Shown here: one piece after another, positions 31,148-32,000 of the stretch | How the letters are laid out: each line of letters begins with the position of its first letter | Numbering within the stretch: the first letter of the stretch is position 1 | Position numbers and translations under genes: made by a program | Notes under the pieces: generated by a model | Databases searched by the model: none | The model's input: only the letters and a program-made list of their open reading frames with translations | Told to the model about the DNA's origin: nothing | Assembly: GCA_018302085.1 (NCBI GenBank) | Contig: JAGWAF010000003.1 | Location: 7,242 to 39,241 of the forward strand | DNA: 32,000 bases | Reading direction: 5' to 3' | Source: Candidatus Woesearchaeota archaeon | Lineage (GTDB): Archaea > Nanobdellota > Nanobdellia > Woesearchaeales > JAGWAF01

Positions 31148-32000
31148 TTTTTGCAGCAGCCATCACTTTATCTTCAGGCTTTAATTTCATCAAACGTACA
31201 CCCTTCGTGTTTCTGCCAATCACGGAAATATCTTTACAAGGAGTTCTGATCATGATACCATTTTGGGAAACGATCATCATCTCGTCATCATCTCGCACAC
31301 TTGCGATGGACATTACCTTACCATTTCTCTCATCCGTTTGAATATTAATGACTCCAGAACCTCCTCTTGAAATCAGGCGATAGTCATCCACAGGAGTTCT
31401 TTTACCATACCCATTTTCTGTAATCGTTAACAATGTTTTTGTCTCATCTGCGATAACTGCATCGATGACCTTATCTTTGTCTTTCAGACGAATACCAATA
31501 ACACCCGTTGCTGTTCTTCCCATCGGACGAACGTCCTTTTCCTCAAAACGCACGGCATTTCCTTCCGCTGTTGCGATGATTACCTGTTGATTTCCATTAG
31601 TTAGGAGCACACGCAACAACTCATCATCATAACTTAATCCAATTGCTTGGATCCCGCCTTTCCTTGGATTAGCGTATTCAGGGAGGCCTGTTTTTTTCAC
31701 CGTGCCATTTTTTGTAACGAAAAGAAGGCACTGATCATCTTTGAATTCCTTCACAGAAACAAAGCTGGCAATTTTTTCCCCAGGATCAAGCTGTACCAAA
31801 TTTACAATATTATTTCCGCGAGCAGTTCTTGAAGCTTCAGGTAATTGATAAACTCTAATCCAGTGCACCCTCCCAAGGTTAGTGAACACTAATAGATAAG
31901 CATGAGTATTCGCAACGAAAAGCCACTGTACAAAATCCTCCTCTTTTGTCGTAGCACCAATGACACCCTGGCCTCCTCTCCGTTGAGTTTTGTACGCGTC
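31125..32000 (-). CDS. gyrA: DNA gyrase subunit A, C-terminal beta-pinwheel part (N-terminus beyond window)
   Basis: The frame is open to position 32000 (…DAYKTQRRGGQGVIGATTKEEDF…THAYLLVFTNLGRVHWIRVYQLPEASRTARG…). Repeated GyrA-box-like blades. Confidence 0.85.
   Translation of the reverse strand, partial: DAYKTQRRGGQGVIGATTKEEDFVQWLFVANTHAYLLVFTNLGRVHWIRVYQLPEASRTARGNNIVNLVQLDPGEKIASFVSVKEFKDDQCLLFVTKNGTVKKTGLPEYANPRKGGIQAIGLSYDDELLRVLLTNGNQQVIIATAEGNAVRFEEKDVRPMGRTATGVIGIRLKDKDKVIDAVIADETKTLLTITENGYGKRTPVDDYRLISRGGSGVINIQTDERNGKVMSIASVRDDDEMMIVSQNGIMIRTPCKDISVIGRNTKGVRLMKLKPEDKVMAAAKIEEHGEI

Noticed and set aside
1-32000. Search by eye for CRISPR arrays, IS/transposase or integrase genes, rRNA genes, and reverse transcriptase
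   Set aside because: No regularly spaced repeats, no recombinase or RT motifs in any listed ORF, and no rRNA-like conserved stretches were seen. Absence is reported as a negative observation, limited by manual inspection.

Overview
The window looks like a low-GC archaeal chromosome fragment, probably from a small-genome DPANN-type lineage. The lineage guess is inference from gene content.

Archaeal markers:
- A complete S13-S4-S11-RpoD-(tRNA-Leu with intron)-L18e-L13-S9-RpoN cluster at 18.9-22.8 kb.
- NAC, Sec61-beta and a presenilin/SPP-type protease.
- Type-A RNase P RNA at 28881-29169 (-) and 7S/SRP RNA at 6205-6477 (+).
- tRNA-His.

Housekeeping genes:
- Archaeal-type TrpRS and a bacterial-type LeuRS.
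- GyrA C-terminus, an M42 peptidase and a THUMP methyltransferase.
- A CDP-alcohol phosphatidyltransferase, a PlsY homologue and a CdsA/dolichol-kinase-like protein.

The interesting part is a mosaic accessory island at about 13.9-18.9 kb, wedged between a TrmB-family regulator and the 3' end of rpoN. It contains the following:
1. A second TrmB-family gene, bracketed by a 49-52 bp direct repeat that duplicates the promoter, palindrome and first codons of the first TrmB gene.
2. A GC-shifted operon of unrecognisable ORFs at 14978-16722.
   - The first gene carries a C-type-lectin/FGE-like signature.
   - It is followed in the -1 frame by a Tyr/Asp/Ser/Gly tract made almost entirely of NNC/NNT codons.
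   - A second, start-less paralogous tract lies at 16955-17131.
   - This codon pattern is what adenine-directed (DGR-type) mutagenesis of AAC/AAT codons leaves behind, yet no reverse transcriptase or template repeat is visible in the window.
3. A roughly 180-nt nested-hairpin element, related to hairpin repeats at 2.0-2.4 kb.
4. A Tat-signal lipoprotein with a transglutaminase-like core, bracketed by a 44-bp direct repeat that duplicates the last 8 codons plus the terminator of rpoN.

A small putative defence islet flanks the RNase P RNA. It consists of an AbiEi/AbiEii-like pair and an AT-rich ORF with an Rx4H (HEPN-like) motif.

No CRISPR array, transposase, integrase or rRNA was seen. All assignments come from reading motifs by eye; no database search was possible.
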